A stretch of 64,000 bases of DNA from Candidatus Scalinduaceae bacterium (GTDB lineage Bacteria > Planctomycetota > Brocadiia > Brocadiales > Scalinduaceae): positions 32,001 to 96,000 of the forward strand of contig JBHICG010000002.1 of the NCBI GenBank assembly GCA_046759445.1, read 5' to 3'. Below, piece after piece: positions 1-9,860 of this stretch. Both the position numbers and the translations under genes were made by a program. The notes beneath the pieces are model-generated. The model ran no database searches. It was not told the origin of the DNA and saw only the letters and a program-made list of their open reading frames with translations. Position 1 is the stretch's first letter. The number at the start of each line of letters is the position of its first letter.

Positions 1-1544
1 ATAAATTTTTTGCCGACTTCCTCGAGTGTATATGTATAACCATCTCCAATACCATAGCGAAGCTTAATTATTTCTCGCTCCCGATATGTTAGTGTATCAA
101 GTACACTTTCAATCTTTTCTTTAAGCATCTCTTGTGCAGCTGCTGATACAGGAGAATCTGATTTCTCGTCTTCTATAAAGTCGCCGAATGAGCTATCCTC
201 ACTTTCTCCAATTGTCCTGTCAAGAGAAATTTGATGTCTAGAGATTTTAAGTACTCTTCTTGCTTCAGAGATTGGTATCTTCACTTCCTTTGCAATCTCT
301 TCAATTCCTGGGCTTCTACCTCTTTCTTGTAATAGTTTTTTTGAAACATTCCTTATTTTGCTCATTGTCTCGATCATATGGACGGGAATCCTAATAGTTC
401 TAGCCTGATCAGCTATTGAACGAGTGATGGCCTGTCTTATCCACCATGTAGCATAAGTGCTAAATTTGTAACCTCTTTTATATTCATACTTATCAACGGC
501 CCTCATCAATCCTGTATTTCCTTCTTGCATAAGGTCAAGAAAACTTAGACCACGATTTCTATATTTCTTTGCAATACTTACTACCAATCTCAGATTCGCA
601 CTAGAAAGTTCTCTCTTCGCAGCTTCATGTTCCTTGTAAATCCTTTCGATGGATTCAATACGTTGTCTTAATTTTTCTGGGTACTCAAGTGTTAAGTTCT
701 CAAATTCGCCAAGTCTAGATTTCAATTCTCGCAATTTGCCATTCCATTTGCCTTGCTTTCTATTGCGTAGTTTAATGTGTTTTTCAATATTAGCCATTTC
801 TTGAGATATTTCCTGTAACCGTTTCATTATCGGTTGTAGTTTCTTGGTACGAATATTTAAATCTTCAAGAATTGCAGAACCTTTTCTTTGGCGATTTCTA
901 ACGTTTTTCAGAAGTCTTACCCTTTCTTTTGCAGATGTCTTTTTCAGCTTTGCCCTGAGGTAATCTTCGCTATTTTTCTTTATGATTATTTTTAATTTTT
1001 TTGCCTTTTCTGGAAATCGCCTAAGAAGCCTATCTTTATGGTTCTCGAATTCAACATTAATAGCCAATGTACGGTCGAACGGAAGATCACCACTAATAAT
1101 ATCCTCTAAAATCTTTAAGCAAGCTTCTTGTGAAAAGCCGAATTTAAGTATTTTCCTGTGAAAATTCTTTCTGGTCATTTCTATTTTTTTTGCTAACGAT
1201 ATCTCTTTTTCCCGAGATAATAGAGGTATTACTCCCATTTGAGTTAAGTACATTCTTACTGGATCGTCAATTTTTTCCTTAACAGTTTCGACTTGACCCA
1301 ATTCTGCTCCTGCTGTTTCACTTAATTCCTCTTCTTCTGTCTCTATTATATCACGAGTTTCTATCTCGGACTCTTCTATAAGGTCAATCCCTAACTCATC
1401 CAACATCATTAATATTTCATCAATCTTTTCGGGACGCATTAAAGCATCCTCAGGTAAAAAATCATTTAACTCTTCGTAAGTTAAAAATCCTTTCTCTTTA
1501 CCTTTCCGTATAAGAGCCTTAATCTTTTGACTCAGCTTTTCCAT
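1..1544 (-). CDS. rpoD: RNA polymerase primary sigma factor (sigma-70), 3' end runs off window
   Basis: Not in the ORF track; translated by hand. ATG at 1544 gives [31 protein letters not shown] (region 1.1), then [38 protein letters not shown] and [19 protein letters not shown] (region 4). GGGAG RBS upstream; follows dnaG. Confidence 0.96.
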   Translation of the reverse strand, partial: MEKLSQKIKALIRKGKEKGFLTYEELNDFLPEDALMRPEKIDEILMMLDELGIDLIEESEIETRDIIETEEEELSETAGAELGQVETVKEKIDDPVRMYLTQMGVIPLLSREKEISLAKKIEMTRKNFHRKILKFGFSQEACLKILEDIISGDLPFDRTLAINVEFENHKDRLLRRFPEKAKKLKIIIKKNSEDYLRAKLKKTSAKERVRLLKNVRNRQRKGSAILEDLNIRTKKLQPIMKRLQEISQEMANIEKHIKLRNRKQGKWNGKLRELKSRLGEFENLTLEYPEKLRQRIESIERIYKEHEAAKRELSSANLRLVVSIAKKYRNRGLSFLDLMQEGNTGLMRAVDKYEYKRGYKFSTYATWWIRQAITRSIADQARTIRIPVHMIETMSKIRNVSKKLLQERGRSPGIEEIAKEVKIPISEARRVLKISRHQISLDRTIGESEDSSFGDFIEDEKSDSPVSAAAQEMLKEKIESVLDTLTYREREIIKLRYGIGDGYTYTLEEVGKKF

Positions 1545-1584
1545 TAAAGGTTCTCCCTATTTAATAAAACAAAAATTTTGTTTG

Positions 1585-3423
1585 TCAAGATTTCCTTAAA
1601 GAATGGAAATCCATGCTTTTTTTATGAAATATGGTAAGCAATTTGTCAACTTCTTGTGCAGATTCTTTTGAACTGTCTAGAGCTAACATCCTTTTTTTTG
1701 TGTGTTTTAAATCTTCTAGATTTTTTCTTTTCTTAATAAATTGAATACATTCATTAAGCAACTTTTCTCCGTTTTGGTCTAGTTCCATTATGCTGTTTTC
1801 TTCTAATGTACTTTGCTTTGAAATTATATCAATTAAACCTCTGCTCATTTCTGTAGTGTTTAACATATGAGAAATATCACTAAGCCCTACCTGTCCTTCT
1901 TGTGAATAAATCTCTGATATTCTTTCGGCTATGCATCGAAGTCTCTCATTACTAAAACTATTAAAGCCGATATCTGATTCTATCTTTTTAATTAAATCAT
2001 TCTTGGTTAGCATTATGCCTAAGATTGTCATTTCTACAGTTTCTGCCCGATATGAGTTTGGTTTTATTTTATTTTTTAAAGAAGCGTCTAATGTTCTGTC
2101 GTACAACTTCGTTCTATTCATTTCATTCTTTTGTAAAGACTTAAATCTGGCTAAATGTTTACGCAAAATATCTTCTTCTATGGACATTTCTTCTGCAATC
2201 CTCTTGATAGTTAATTCGCGCTTTAAAATATTAGGAATTTTCATAGCCGTTGAGAAAATATCTTCTATTGCCGATGTTTTTCCTGAAACTGAAGAAATAT
2301 TCCATTTATCTTTTGAAAGTTTTATTTTAAAACTGAAAAAATCATATGCTTTCTCCACTTGTTTTAAAAACCTTTGCACACCCTTTTTAACAAGATAATC
2401 GCATGGATCATAATTTTCAGGCAAAAGAACAACGCTTACTTCGAAATCTTCCTCGATGAAAATATCTAAATTTCTTTCTGAAGATTTTTGGCCTGCAGTA
2501 TCGGCATCAAATACTAATACGGCTTTGTCGCAGTAACGTCTTAATAACCTAACGTGCTCGCGAGTCAATGCCGTACCAAGTATTGCAATTGACCAGTCTA
2601 TTCCACATTGATGTGCCATTATAACATCTGTATAGCCTTCCATAAGCAATACCTTACGATTTTTCATTATGGAATTTTTTGCCAAGTTAATTCCATAAAG
2701 TGTCTTGCTTTTATTAAAAATCGGGGTTTCTGGCGAGTTGAGATACTTGGGCAAAGAATTATCTAGTGCCCTTGCTCCAAATCCTACAGGTCTGTTTTGA
2801 AGATCAAAGATTGGAAACATTAATCTATTACGGAAACGGTCGTAGAAAGCATTATCCTCTTTTCTTAATAGAAGCCCTGCCTTTTCAAGCACTTCTGTGC
2901 TTATATTCCACTCTTTTGAATGCGTCAGTATTGAATTCCAACGATTAGGAGAATATCCCAATCTAAATTTTCTAATTGATTCGTCATTTATAAACCTGTT
3001 TGAGACGTAATCTTTTGAACGTTTACCCTCACTGGTTTTCAATAGCATTTTACTGAAAAAAAATGCTGCCTCTTCATTGGCTTCGTACAATACACTTATT
3101 TCCTGCCTTTTTTCATTTGTAACAAAATCATCAATCTTAATATTTGCCTTTTCAGCAAGAAGTTTAACTGCTTCTGGAAATGCCAAACCTTCCTGTTTCA
3201 TCAGAAAATTAAAAACGGTTCCACCCTCCCCACAGCCAAAACATTTGTAAATTTGCTTTTCTACATTAATAGTAAAAGATGGCGTTTTTTCGTGATGAAA
3301 AGGACATAAACCTATAAAATTCCTCCCTTTTTGCTTGAGAGGGATATAATCAGAAACAACGTCAAATATGTTTAGGGTTCTTTGTATTTCAGAAATTTTT
3401 TCGGGGGGGATATAGATAGCCAT
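1585..3423 (-). CDS. dnaG: DNA primase
   Basis: CPFHHEKTPSF...CFGC zinc finger, KYLNSPET, EGYTDV and DADTAG TOPRIM motifs. Confidence 0.97.
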   Translation of the reverse strand: MAIYIPPEKISEIQRTLNIFDVVSDYIPLKQKGRNFIGLCPFHHEKTPSFTINVEKQIYKCFGCGEGGTVFNFLMKQEGLAFPEAVKLLAEKANIKIDDFVTNEKRQEISVLYEANEEAAFFFSKMLLKTSEGKRSKDYVSNRFINDESIRKFRLGYSPNRWNSILTHSKEWNISTEVLEKAGLLLRKEDNAFYDRFRNRLMFPIFDLQNRPVGFGARALDNSLPKYLNSPETPIFNKSKTLYGINLAKNSIMKNRKVLLMEGYTDVIMAHQCGIDWSIAILGTALTREHVRLLRRYCDKAVLVFDADTAGQKSSERNLDIFIEEDFEVSVVLLPENYDPCDYLVKKGVQRFLKQVEKAYDFFSFKIKLSKDKWNISSVSGKTSAIEDIFSTAMKIPNILKRELTIKRIAEEMSIEEDILRKHLARFKSLQKNEMNRTKLYDRTLDASLKNKIKPNSYRAETVEMTILGIMLTKNDLIKKIESDIGFNSFSNERLRCIAERISEIYSQEGQVGLSDISHMLNTTEMSRGLIDIISKQSTLEENSIMELDQNGEKLLNECIQFIKKRKNLEDLKHTKKRMLALDSSKESAQEVDKLLTIFHKKSMDFHSLRKS

Positions 3424-3865
3424 AACAAAATTTACTTATGATATCATATAAAATATAAAAGTCAATACTTATGTTGTTTAAGTTGTTTAATAAAAAAATG
3501 AAAATGTATATATTTTTATTTACATTTTTTAAGTATACTCTGGTTAAAATGGGGCTAAAAATCTTAGCAAATATAACTTTATTTTATAACATATTTAATA
3601 ATGTTTAAGTTCCTACTACCATCTACCATTTTAGATTTATTATATAATTATTTGGAATTTGCCATAACTTCTGTTTAGTTATTGCCTTACAAGTGTTGCA
3701 GGTGGAGAAAAGATTACGTGGGATTTATGTGATAAATTTTGGCAGACTATCCGTCATGCCAGGTTTTTGTCTTATTTGTCTAGGTGATTGATTCAATCCA
3801 GGATGTCTAAGCAAGGCAAGGGGCTTTAACCTAATAATTTATGTTTGCTTCTTTATATAGTAATT

Positions 3866-5284
3866 TTAACAGGATAAATTCACAGCCATCTGGCGAACGT
3901 GCTCTTTAAATCTTTTGCCTCTTTCTTCGTAGTTTGTAAACATGTCATAACTGGCACACGCTGGAGATAGTAAAACTACATCGCCGTGTCTGGCAATTGT
4001 ATTTGCCTTACGTACCGAATCATTAAGAGAAGGCGATAAGTAAATATCAGGCTTTGCATACTTGCTTCTTATGTTCTGGATAAGCTTCTGTATATTTTTG
4101 GCGGTTTCTCCGATTAAGATCACGCTTTTTGTATTTTTTGCGCATTCCCGTGCAAATTGATTAAGGTTTATTCCCTTATCATAACCTCCTGCAATTAATA
4201 TTATGGGATTTTCAAAGGCCTTTATTCCTGCAATAGATGCTTCTGGTGTTGTAGCCTTTGAGTCGTTGTAATATTGTATCCCATTAATCTTGCTTACGAA
4301 TTCCAGTCTATGTTCAAGTCCTGAAAAATTTATAACGGCATTTTTAATAGACCCAGCATTTGCACCAATTATGTTTGCCACACATGCTGCTGCCATTATG
4401 TTTTGTATGTTATGAATACCCTTAATCTTAATTCCTGATAAACAAGAAATAACGGTCTTTTTTAAATTATAGTTGATAATAATTTCATTATTGTGCGGGA
4501 AGGCACCCCATTTCAATTCTCTCTTGGTGCTATACCATAAGATATTGCTTTTACATTCGCTTCCCCACTTTCTCAATACTTGATCATCATAATTCAGTAT
4601 GGCAAAATCACCTTCCTTTTGATAAAGAATGATAGTCTTTTTAGCATCAATATAATCTTTTATATTCTTATGTCTGTCAAGGTGGTTTGGAGCTATATTG
4701 GTAACTACACTTACATGAGGACTCAACTTTATCTTACTGAGATTATCAAGTTGAAAACTTGATATCTCAAGGACAACCATATCACGCGGTTTTATTTCCT
4801 CAATATGTTCCAGTAATGATATGCCTATATTTCCTCCCACCCAAGTGCGAAATCCTGCCTCTTTCAACATATTTCCGATTAATGATGTAGTCGTGGATTT
4901 TCCATTGCTCCCCGTAATCCCAACAATTGGCGCTGGGCAAAGCTTAAAGAATATGTTCAATTCTGTATCAATGTGGACGTTGTTATCTTTAGCTATTTGT
5001 AAGAATTTCGATTCATTCGGTATCGCAGGATTAACAATTAACAGGTCTACATCAGAAAAATCTTCCTCAAGGTGTTTCCCTAGCCTATATTTAACTGGCA
5101 AACCGTCTAGCAATTTTAGAGATTGCGATAACTCTTCAGCGCTTTTCAAGTCTGTTACCGTTACATTTGCATCTTGAGAAACAAGAAATTTAGTAATGCC
5201 AACACCTCCGCCAAATAGTCCTAATCCCATTACGGTTGTCTTTTTGTTTCTAAAACAATCTTTTGGTGTAGTTTTTTTGTCCAT
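3866..5284 (-). CDS. murD: UDP-N-acetylmuramoyl-L-alanine--D-glutamate ligase
   Basis: GITGSNGKSTT P-loop, EISSFQL, NHLDRH, NDSKAT, LLSPACASYDMF. Confidence 0.95.
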   Translation of the reverse strand: MDKKTTPKDCFRNKKTTVMGLGLFGGGVGITKFLVSQDANVTVTDLKSAEELSQSLKLLDGLPVKYRLGKHLEEDFSDVDLLIVNPAIPNESKFLQIAKDNNVHIDTELNIFFKLCPAPIVGITGSNGKSTTTSLIGNMLKEAGFRTWVGGNIGISLLEHIEEIKPRDMVVLEISSFQLDNLSKIKLSPHVSVVTNIAPNHLDRHKNIKDYIDAKKTIILYQKEGDFAILNYDDQVLRKWGSECKSNILWYSTKRELKWGAFPHNNEIIINYNLKKTVISCLSGIKIKGIHNIQNIMAAACVANIIGANAGSIKNAVINFSGLEHRLEFVSKINGIQYYNDSKATTPEASIAGIKAFENPIILIAGGYDKGINLNQFARECAKNTKSVILIGETAKNIQKLIQNIRSKYAKPDIYLSPSLNDSVRKANTIARHGDVVLLSPACASYDMFTNYEERGKRFKEHVRQMAVNLSC

Positions 5285-5296
5285 AATCGGTGTTAT

Positions 5297-5908
5297 TTAT
5301 CCTAATTTGCTCTTAATTGCATCCATTACTTGATTTGTTACTCTATCGAAAAAATCATGTTTGGATTGAATATCTACGAATTTGTGTTTATCAATTGTAA
5401 TTGGTTTATGGTAATAGACAGAAATCTTTCCTGGATGTGGTAGCTTTTTGTGCTTTGGCCATGTTTCATAAGCGCCAACTATAGTAACAGGAATAATACT
5501 GGCATTTGTCTTGGATGCAATCCTGGCAATACCTAACTTAAACTTCTTAACCTTTCCGTCAATACTTCTTCCGCCTTCTGGAAAGATAATCAAGGCCTTT
5601 CCAGCATTCAGGGTTTCAAGGGCTTTAATATAAGCGCTCTTATCGACCTTAGATATTTCCACGGGGAAAGCGCCTAAAAAACGTATTATTTTTCCAAAAA
5701 TGGGTATGGAAAAAAGCCTTCCCCATGCCATGGCTTCCATATTTCTCCTGATACCAATAGCAACAATTACTGGATCGTAATAAGTTATATGATTAGGGGC
5801 TACAATAATAGGCCCATTGGCGGGAATGTTTTCACAACCATAAAACGCAATTCTATGAAAAACCTTAAAATAGAGAAGAGGTATCCATCTAAGAAGTTTA
5901 AATTTCAT
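5297..5908 (-). CDS. plsC: 1-acyl-sn-glycerol-3-phosphate acyltransferase (PlsC family)
   Basis: NHxxxxD (NHITYYD) and IFPEGGRS motifs. Confidence 0.85.
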   Translation of the reverse strand: MKFKLLRWIPLLYFKVFHRIAFYGCENIPANGPIIVAPNHITYYDPVIVAIGIRRNMEAMAWGRLFSIPIFGKIIRFLGAFPVEISKVDKSAYIKALETLNAGKALIIFPEGGRSIDGKVKKFKLGIARIASKTNASIIPVTIVGAYETWPKHKKLPHPGKISVYYHKPITIDKHKFVDIQSKHDFFDRVTNQVMDAIKSKLG

Positions 5909-5923
5909 ATTCGAAATAAATAA

Positions 5924-5952
5924 TTGACACTTATCCTATGCCACAGTAAAAT
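5924..5952 (+). promoter_or_regulatory. sigma-70 promoter upstream of proC
   Basis: TTGACA-N17-TAAAAT. Confidence 0.6.
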
Positions 5953-6103
5953 CCCTATCAAATAAGTATAAATTAAGATAACACTTCTAATAAATCAAGC
6001 ATAAACCCCAATAGGTATCACCTATCTAATGGGGAAAATACTGTCAGCGTCTGTTCTATATGTATCACTGATTTTACAGGTGGTTATAATTAATGGAGTA
6101 AAT

Positions 6104-6943
6104 ATGCTTAAGGAAAGAATAGGCTTTATTGGTGGAGGGAAGATGGGTGAGGCCCTGGTTAAGGGTATCCTTAAGGCGAATCTTAGTGCCATAGATAGGA
6201 TTATGATCAGTGACGTAGACAAAAAGAGATGTCAAATAATAGAAAACGAAACCAGAATACAAACCACACAAGAAAATAGAAAAGTAACGTCCAATTCTGA
6301 TATTATAATTCTTGCTGTCAAACCAAATATGATGGGTGACATCATGGAGGAGTTAAAGAGTGATTTAACTCCCAAACATCTAGTTGTTTCTATAGCAGCC
6401 GGAATCCCTTTGTATTTCATAGAATCACACTTAAACAAAGACTGTAGAGTTGTCAGAGTTATGCCTAATACGCCATGTCTTGTAGGTGAGACTGCCGCTG
6501 GTTATGCATTGGGGAAAAATGCCACTCAGAATGATGGGAAATTAGTTGGTGAGATTTTTGACGCAGTGGGCAAGTCTTATTTGTTAGAAGAAAAATATCT
6601 AGATGCCGTTACGGGTTTAAGTGGGAGCGGACCTGCCTTTGTATATATGGTTATTGAAGCATTATCAGATGGCGGAGTTAAGATGGGTTTGCCAAGGGAT
6701 GTATCAACGGCACTTGCCGCACAAACAGTTCTTGGCGCTGCAAAGATGGTATTAAAGTCTGGCATGCATACTGGTGAACTCAAGGATTCTGTTACCTCTC
6801 CGGAAGGGACTACAATAGAGGGTATTCATGCCTTGGAAAAAGGGGGTATCAGGAATGCGCTGATAGACGCAGTTGAAGCTGCTACTAAAAAATCCAAAAA
6901 ACTGGGGAAAACATTATCAAAACAAAGTTACGAAAAAAACTGA
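6104..6943 (+). CDS. proC: Pyrroline-5-carboxylate reductase
   Basis: IGFIGGGKMG, RVMPNTP, TGLSGSGPAF, VTSPEGTT. Start moved to ATG 6104, which has a GGAG RBS. Confidence 0.95.
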   Translation: MLKERIGFIGGGKMGEALVKGILKANLSAIDRIMISDVDKKRCQIIENETRIQTTQENRKVTSNSDIIILAVKPNMMGDIMEELKSDLTPKHLVVSIAAGIPLYFIESHLNKDCRVVRVMPNTPCLVGETAAGYALGKNATQNDGKLVGEIFDAVGKSYLLEEKYLDAVTGLSGSGPAFVYMVIEALSDGGVKMGLPRDVSTALAAQTVLGAAKMVLKSGMHTGELKDSVTSPEGTTIEGIHALEKGGIRNALIDAVEAATKKSKKLGKTLSKQSYEKN

Positions 6944-7147
6944 TTTAGGTTTTTAGGACAACGAAACATCGAAACGAAGCAAATACACAGATATGGTTAT
7001 TGTGTTAATTTTGAACAAAAAATCTTTTCGAATATGTAAATAGTTTTTTTACAATTATTAATTTAATCGATTTAAAAATTCATGAAGACATGTGTGACTC
7101 ATTTCTTAGAGTATGTCATGCCATTTTGGTGAACAGAAGAATACAAT

Positions 7148-7996
7148 TTAATTTTTATTTATGATGTTCCATACCTTTTCTGCAATCTCTTTCTTAGGTA
7201 AAATTTGATTGTTTATTGTACAACCAATTGTGAACCAGCTACTATCTTCCTTAGCAAGATATGTGTATATGTCTTGAACCTTCTTTAAATAATTTATATC
7301 TTCTTCATGTAAATCCGCTTCTGGTTTGAACCCCTGACTGCCTTTAACTCTAGCCTTGATTAATTCTTGTGAAACATCTATGGATACATGAAGATAAATG
7401 GTTAGGTTAGGCCTGGGGATAGCATACACTTTATATTCAAGTTCTTCTATCCATTTAAAAAATTTGTTTCGTTCACCGATGTCTTTAATCTTTGCTCCCT
7501 GATGTGCCATATTAGAACAAACGTATCGGTTAGATATAATTATGTTTCCTTCATCGAGCCAATTGTCCAGCTGATCTTTCATTTCCCATCTATCACCCGC
7601 ATAAAGCAGAGAAGAAAGGTATGGGTTTACCTCATCAACCTTTGATTCAATTCCTTCGGTGTTTGTAATTTTAGTCAAAAATTTGTTTGAGGTCAGATCA
7701 GATCTATAATTTCTTTTCTTGGGAAGTGGGTAATTTTTTAGATGTTTTTTTAATTCTTGCGGCCACCCAAATTCACCATTCAGATATCTTTCGATCATAT
7801 CTGCAAAAAACGACTTGCCATATTGTGGAAAATCAGTCATTTGTACCTGATAACCTGCTTTCAGCAACCTTTCCACAAGTAGATGAGTTTGAACTGTCTT
7901 TCCACTCCCATCAGTACCCTCTACAACAATAAGTTTGCCCCTCCGCTTGCTATCATTCTGGTGGGTGGGCAAGCTATGAGGTGAATTCATAATCAA
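7148..7996 (-). CDS. tmk: Thymidylate kinase with internal ~40-aa insertion
   Basis: EGTDGSGKT P-loop, LLYAGDR, NRYVCSNMAHQG. Confidence 0.88.
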   Translation of the reverse strand: MIMNSPHSLPTHQNDSKRRGKLIVVEGTDGSGKTVQTHLLVERLLKAGYQVQMTDFPQYGKSFFADMIERYLNGEFGWPQELKKHLKNYPLPKKRNYRSDLTSNKFLTKITNTEGIESKVDEVNPYLSSLLYAGDRWEMKDQLDNWLDEGNIIISNRYVCSNMAHQGAKIKDIGERNKFFKWIEELEYKVYAIPRPNLTIYLHVSIDVSQELIKARVKGSQGFKPEADLHEEDINYLKKVQDIYTYLAKEDSSWFTIGCTINNQILPKKEIAEKVWNIINKN

Positions 7997-8349
7997 AACC
8001 TTTCATTTTCTAAGACAGGATTTTTAGTATAATATCAATTCTTGTGTCAACTTTTTAAAGGTTTACGTATAATCATGAACTGTGTTATTCAGCCTTTTGT
8101 CATCCTTGTGGAAGCAGGAATCTATCTTCATTTTGCGACAACTACATTGGGATTCCACTTTCTCTGCATGAACGAATCGTTTGGATAAGCCATATAGTAT
8201 CAATGTCTTAATAAAAATCAATTGATTTGTTATTATTAATTTAGGGTTAGGTATAGCGGTTAGGATTTTTGAAGTAGTATTAAAAAAATTGGTGCGTGAT
8301 AAAATGTATAATATTGTAAAAGGAATATTTTTTGATATAATTACGCATT

Positions 8350-9849
8350 ATGTATATAAGATTTTTATATTCGTCACAATGTAAGATATTTTGTGTTATT
8401 TTTCTGCTTGTATTCAGTCATAGAGTATTTGCAGGAGATGAAGTTGAAAAGCTAAGACGAGAAATCTTAGAACTGGAAAAGATTGCAAACCCATTTATAC
8501 AGATTTTCCAAAAAGTTTCAAGTTTGGTTGAGCCTTCAGTTGTAAGTATCATAGCAGAAGGTGAACCTGGAACTTCTATGAATCCGCACGATAAGTTGCC
8601 TTCTCCCTTTTCTCTCCCCGAGGAGAATGGGAAGAAAAAACCTAAATCTCATAGGCCAAGCTTTGGTTCAGGAATTATAATAAAAAAGACAGGGTATATT
8701 CTTACTAACTTTCATGTTATAGCTGGTTTTGAAAATGGAAGGATAACCGTAACACTACATAATGGGGATAAATATGATGCTGCAGTCATAGGCAAGGATC
8801 CAAATACAGACTTGGCTATTTTAAAGATAGCCGGCAATAGCCTCAGAGAAGTTACTTTTGGAGACCCAAAGAGCGTAAAGGTTGGAGATTGGGTTATTGC
8901 TATTGGTAATCCTTTTGGATATAGACAAGCCGTTTCAGCAGGCATAATAAGTGCTATAGGGAGAACACATATCACACCATTTCCCAAACCTTTTGCGTAT
9001 GAAAATTTTATTCAGACTGACGCAGCAATAAACCCGGGTAATAGTGGCGGTCCGCTTGTAAATCTACGCGGCCAAGTCATCGGTATTAATTCTGCTATTG
9101 CAACACGAACAGGAGGGTTCCAGGGGGTTGGTTTTGCAATCTCTGCGGAAATAGCAAATGAAGTCATCGATGATCTTATCGAAAAAGGAAGAGTAGTAAG
9201 GGGATATTTAGGTGTCGGAATTCAAGATATCAATGATGGACTTGCCTCGTACCTGAATCTAAAAGATAAAAGTGGTGTATTAAGGCAGTTTAGATTAGAT
9301 TCCGATAAGGGAGCCTTCATATCAGAAGTGTGGCAAAATACTCCTGCATCAAGGGGAGGGATTCATCCTGGAGATGTCATTATTGAGTTTGATGGAAAAA
9401 AGATTCTCAATGCTGATGATCTTCAGAAGGCTATAAGGAATTCGGCCGTTTATAGTAAAGTTAAAGTAAAAGTTATACGTAATAAAAAGAAAGAATTACT
9501 GGTAGTCAAAATAGACCAACAGCCAGGGAACATGTCAGGCAAAACGTTCATAACCGTAAAGGAACCCGAACATACAAGCTTTAGCATGGGTTTAAGTGTT
9601 GAAACCCTGACGTCAGAAAAAGCAGAGGCAATGGGTTGTCAAAAAGGAAGAGGAGTACTTGTAAAACACGTTAAGATAGATAGTCCTGCAGAAAGGGTAG
9701 GCATAATGCCTGGTGACTTAATTTTAAAGGTTGGCTCAAAGGATGTTAATTCAACTGATGAATTCCATTCAGTATTAAGAGGATTTATAGAAAAAGGGTT
9801 GTCTGTTTCTATATTTATTAGATCGAAGGGTTTTATTACCTTGAAATAA
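8350..9849 (+). CDS. HtrA/DegP-family serine protease with two PDZ domains
   Basis: Signal peptide; triad TNFHV / TDLAI / GNSGG; IQTDAAINPG; PDZ motifs. Confidence 0.93.
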   Translation: MYIRFLYSSQCKIFCVIFLLVFSHRVFAGDEVEKLRREILELEKIANPFIQIFQKVSSLVEPSVVSIIAEGEPGTSMNPHDKLPSPFSLPEENGKKKPKSHRPSFGSGIIIKKTGYILTNFHVIAGFENGRITVTLHNGDKYDAAVIGKDPNTDLAILKIAGNSLREVTFGDPKSVKVGDWVIAIGNPFGYRQAVSAGIISAIGRTHITPFPKPFAYENFIQTDAAINPGNSGGPLVNLRGQVIGINSAIATRTGGFQGVGFAISAEIANEVIDDLIEKGRVVRGYLGVGIQDINDGLASYLNLKDKSGVLRQFRLDSDKGAFISEVWQNTPASRGGIHPGDVIIEFDGKKILNADDLQKAIRNSAVYSKVKVKVIRNKKKELLVVKIDQQPGNMSGKTFITVKEPEHTSFSMGLSVETLTSEKAEAMGCQKGRGVLVKHVKIDSPAERVGIMPGDLILKVGSKDVNSTDEFHSVLRGFIEKGLSVSIFIRSKGFITLK

Positions 9850-9860
9850 ATTATCCCCGG

